Source of the DNA: Chrysomallon squamiferum
Lineage: Eukaryota > Animalia > Mollusca
Direction of reading: 5' to 3'
Assembly (NCBI GenBank): GCA_012295275.1
Contig: CM022671.1
Location: 26,970,001-27,034,000 of the forward strand
DNA length: 64,000 bases
Under the pieces are notes generated by a model that had not been told where the DNA came from, ran no database searches, and saw only the letters and a program-made list of their open reading frames with translations. The translations under genes and the position numbers were made by a program. Positions 55,787-64,000 of this stretch are shown piece by piece; position 1 is the stretch's first letter, and each line of letters opens with the position of its first letter.

Positions 55787-56049
55787 TGTTTTGTGTTGTT
55801 TGTTATTTTCTTTAGGAAGGACATATCAAAATTAAATACTTTTCTTCACTAGAGCTTTTTAAATATATAACTGAACTAGTTCATACAATAATCAAAGTTC
55901 TCTAAAATTAGATTCTAACCAACAGTTTTAAGAATTCACTTTGTACACTAAATTACGCTATTTAAAATGTAAACTGCTTTTTATCATTATTAGTTTTAAA
56001 TCGATTCTACGTATTACAGCATTCTACGTGTTTTCGAATTAATTCAGTT

Positions 56050-62469
<6,420 letters not shown>

Positions 62470-64000
62470 TGTCGTGTTCAGTGACCTACACGTTTTCCTT
62501 TAACGTAGTTTTGTCTACAGTCAAAATTTAACCGGCTTTTTCTGCTCGTTTTATATTTTTATTTTCTTTATCAAATAAGATGTTTGAAAACTCGTTATAA
62601 AATTGTGGATGCATTTTCTTCACTACTAGCTCCTTTTAAACACATGACACTCAAAGCAATCTATTACTGAGACGTGACCTAAAAAAACAAAAGGAAGAAA
62701 AGATATATTGTTACCTTCATAATTATTCATTTTATATTGCGTCATTTCATGATTTTATTTATTTATTTATTTATGTGTGTTTGTGTATACATATATCGAA
62801 ACTTTTTTTTTTTCGCTCTCTTAAAGCTGCAGTTACAAGTTTTTATTTTATTATTATTATTTTTTTTTTTTTTGTAAAATATAATATTATTATTAACTTT
62901 GGTACTTGTTTCGAAATTATTGGTGTATTTTTTTTTTAATTTCATTATTTCATTATTTATTTTTTTATTTTGTACTCTCAACACATTCTTAATCAATGGT
63001 TATATCATTCTTTAGTCGTTGATAAACTAAACAGAGTTTAACTGTTATCATGAACAAAGGTAGAAAAGCAGATTAACACTGAAATGAGATTACATTTGTT
63101 TACAGATGAAGCATAAATCTTTGTTGTGTTCTGAACTGCATTCACATTTAATAATGACCGCAGAGGTATAATAAATGTTAAATTAAATTAAACTAGGGAA
63201 AACTGTCACAGCATGAGAAAAACAACTACGGGGGAAAAAAAAAAGACAAAAAAAAAGACAATGACGACAACAACAACCAAAAAAATACTGATGATAATGA
63301 TGATAATAATAAGAAAAAAAAATAAGAAAAAAAAAATGATAATAATAATAATAACAATAATAATAATAATAATAATAACAAAAACAACAACAACAAAAGG
63401 GTGAAAAAGGTCACAACTTTAAAATAAATACGCAGACAAATAACCCACAAATGTAAAACATTTTGTTAGTGAGGTTTAGTCTCAGTCGGTTCACGGTTCA
63501 GTGATGTTTCGTCTACTGCCTCATAATTATACCCTACAAATACAAACACATGTACACTGTGACTTTGTGTCCTGTTACTTTTTAAAATCTGTACTAAACT
63601 GAGAGTTACTCTGTGACCTTCTTCTCCACTCAACAGATAACTAATACTACACTATGTAGGTTCAAATAATGGATTTTGTAACATTAAACAACGACAGCAA
63701 TATATATATAAAGAACAAAATAATAAATAAATAAATAAAATAAAAACATAATAATAACAGTAACACTCAGCAAAAATATAGCTTAATACTACATAGATCT
63801 TAATCAAATTCTCATTAAAACAGTACCAGTGTATTTACGCAACGGATTTTGAACTGACAGTTGTGTACTCGTTGTACTGTTTGAATCCAAAATTTAAATT
63901 TCAATCACCAGAGACAATGTCGATCAACTTTACAGGAATAAACTGAAATAGTGAGGAGGCCGTCTTGAAATTAAATATCGAAATTCAAAAATAAATGTTT

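Overview
AT-rich, microsatellite-dense eukaryotic DNA. The gene content suggests an invertebrate, probably a mollusc, but that is inference. Most ORFs in the supplied track are simple-repeat artefacts; the real genes are spliced and were assembled by hand from GT-AG sites and codon phases. (1) A CAP/CRISP gene with CAP, hinge, EGF and ShKT-like modules (+, 5731-12497, tentative upstream exons at 452-890), with a 29-bp minisatellite in one intron. (2) A small secreted Cys-rich gene (-, 14144-13353) whose last exon is broken by a 113-bp locally templated insertion. (3) Decayed L1/Tx1-type retrotransposon pieces. (4) Clusters of tRNA-Val genes: 7 intact, with TAC, CAC and AAC anticodons on one near-identical body, plus pseudogenes. 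One AAC gene is split by a poly(A)-tailed retro-insertion with a target-site duplication. (5) A tandem and inverted array of a signal-peptide, GPI-type alpha-carbonic anhydrase: three complete 8-exon copies (A +, B +, E -), one open copy lacking exon 1 (C), and fragments. The array arose from ~13.7-kb and ~4.9-kb segmental duplications that carry the tRNA-Val cluster along. Several MITEs are also present. The leading leads are a candidate tRNA-Val-targeting non-LTR retrotransposon, the single-body tRNA-Val isoacceptor family with U73, and diversification of the CA array (possible shared signal exon, and a His64-to-Arg copy).
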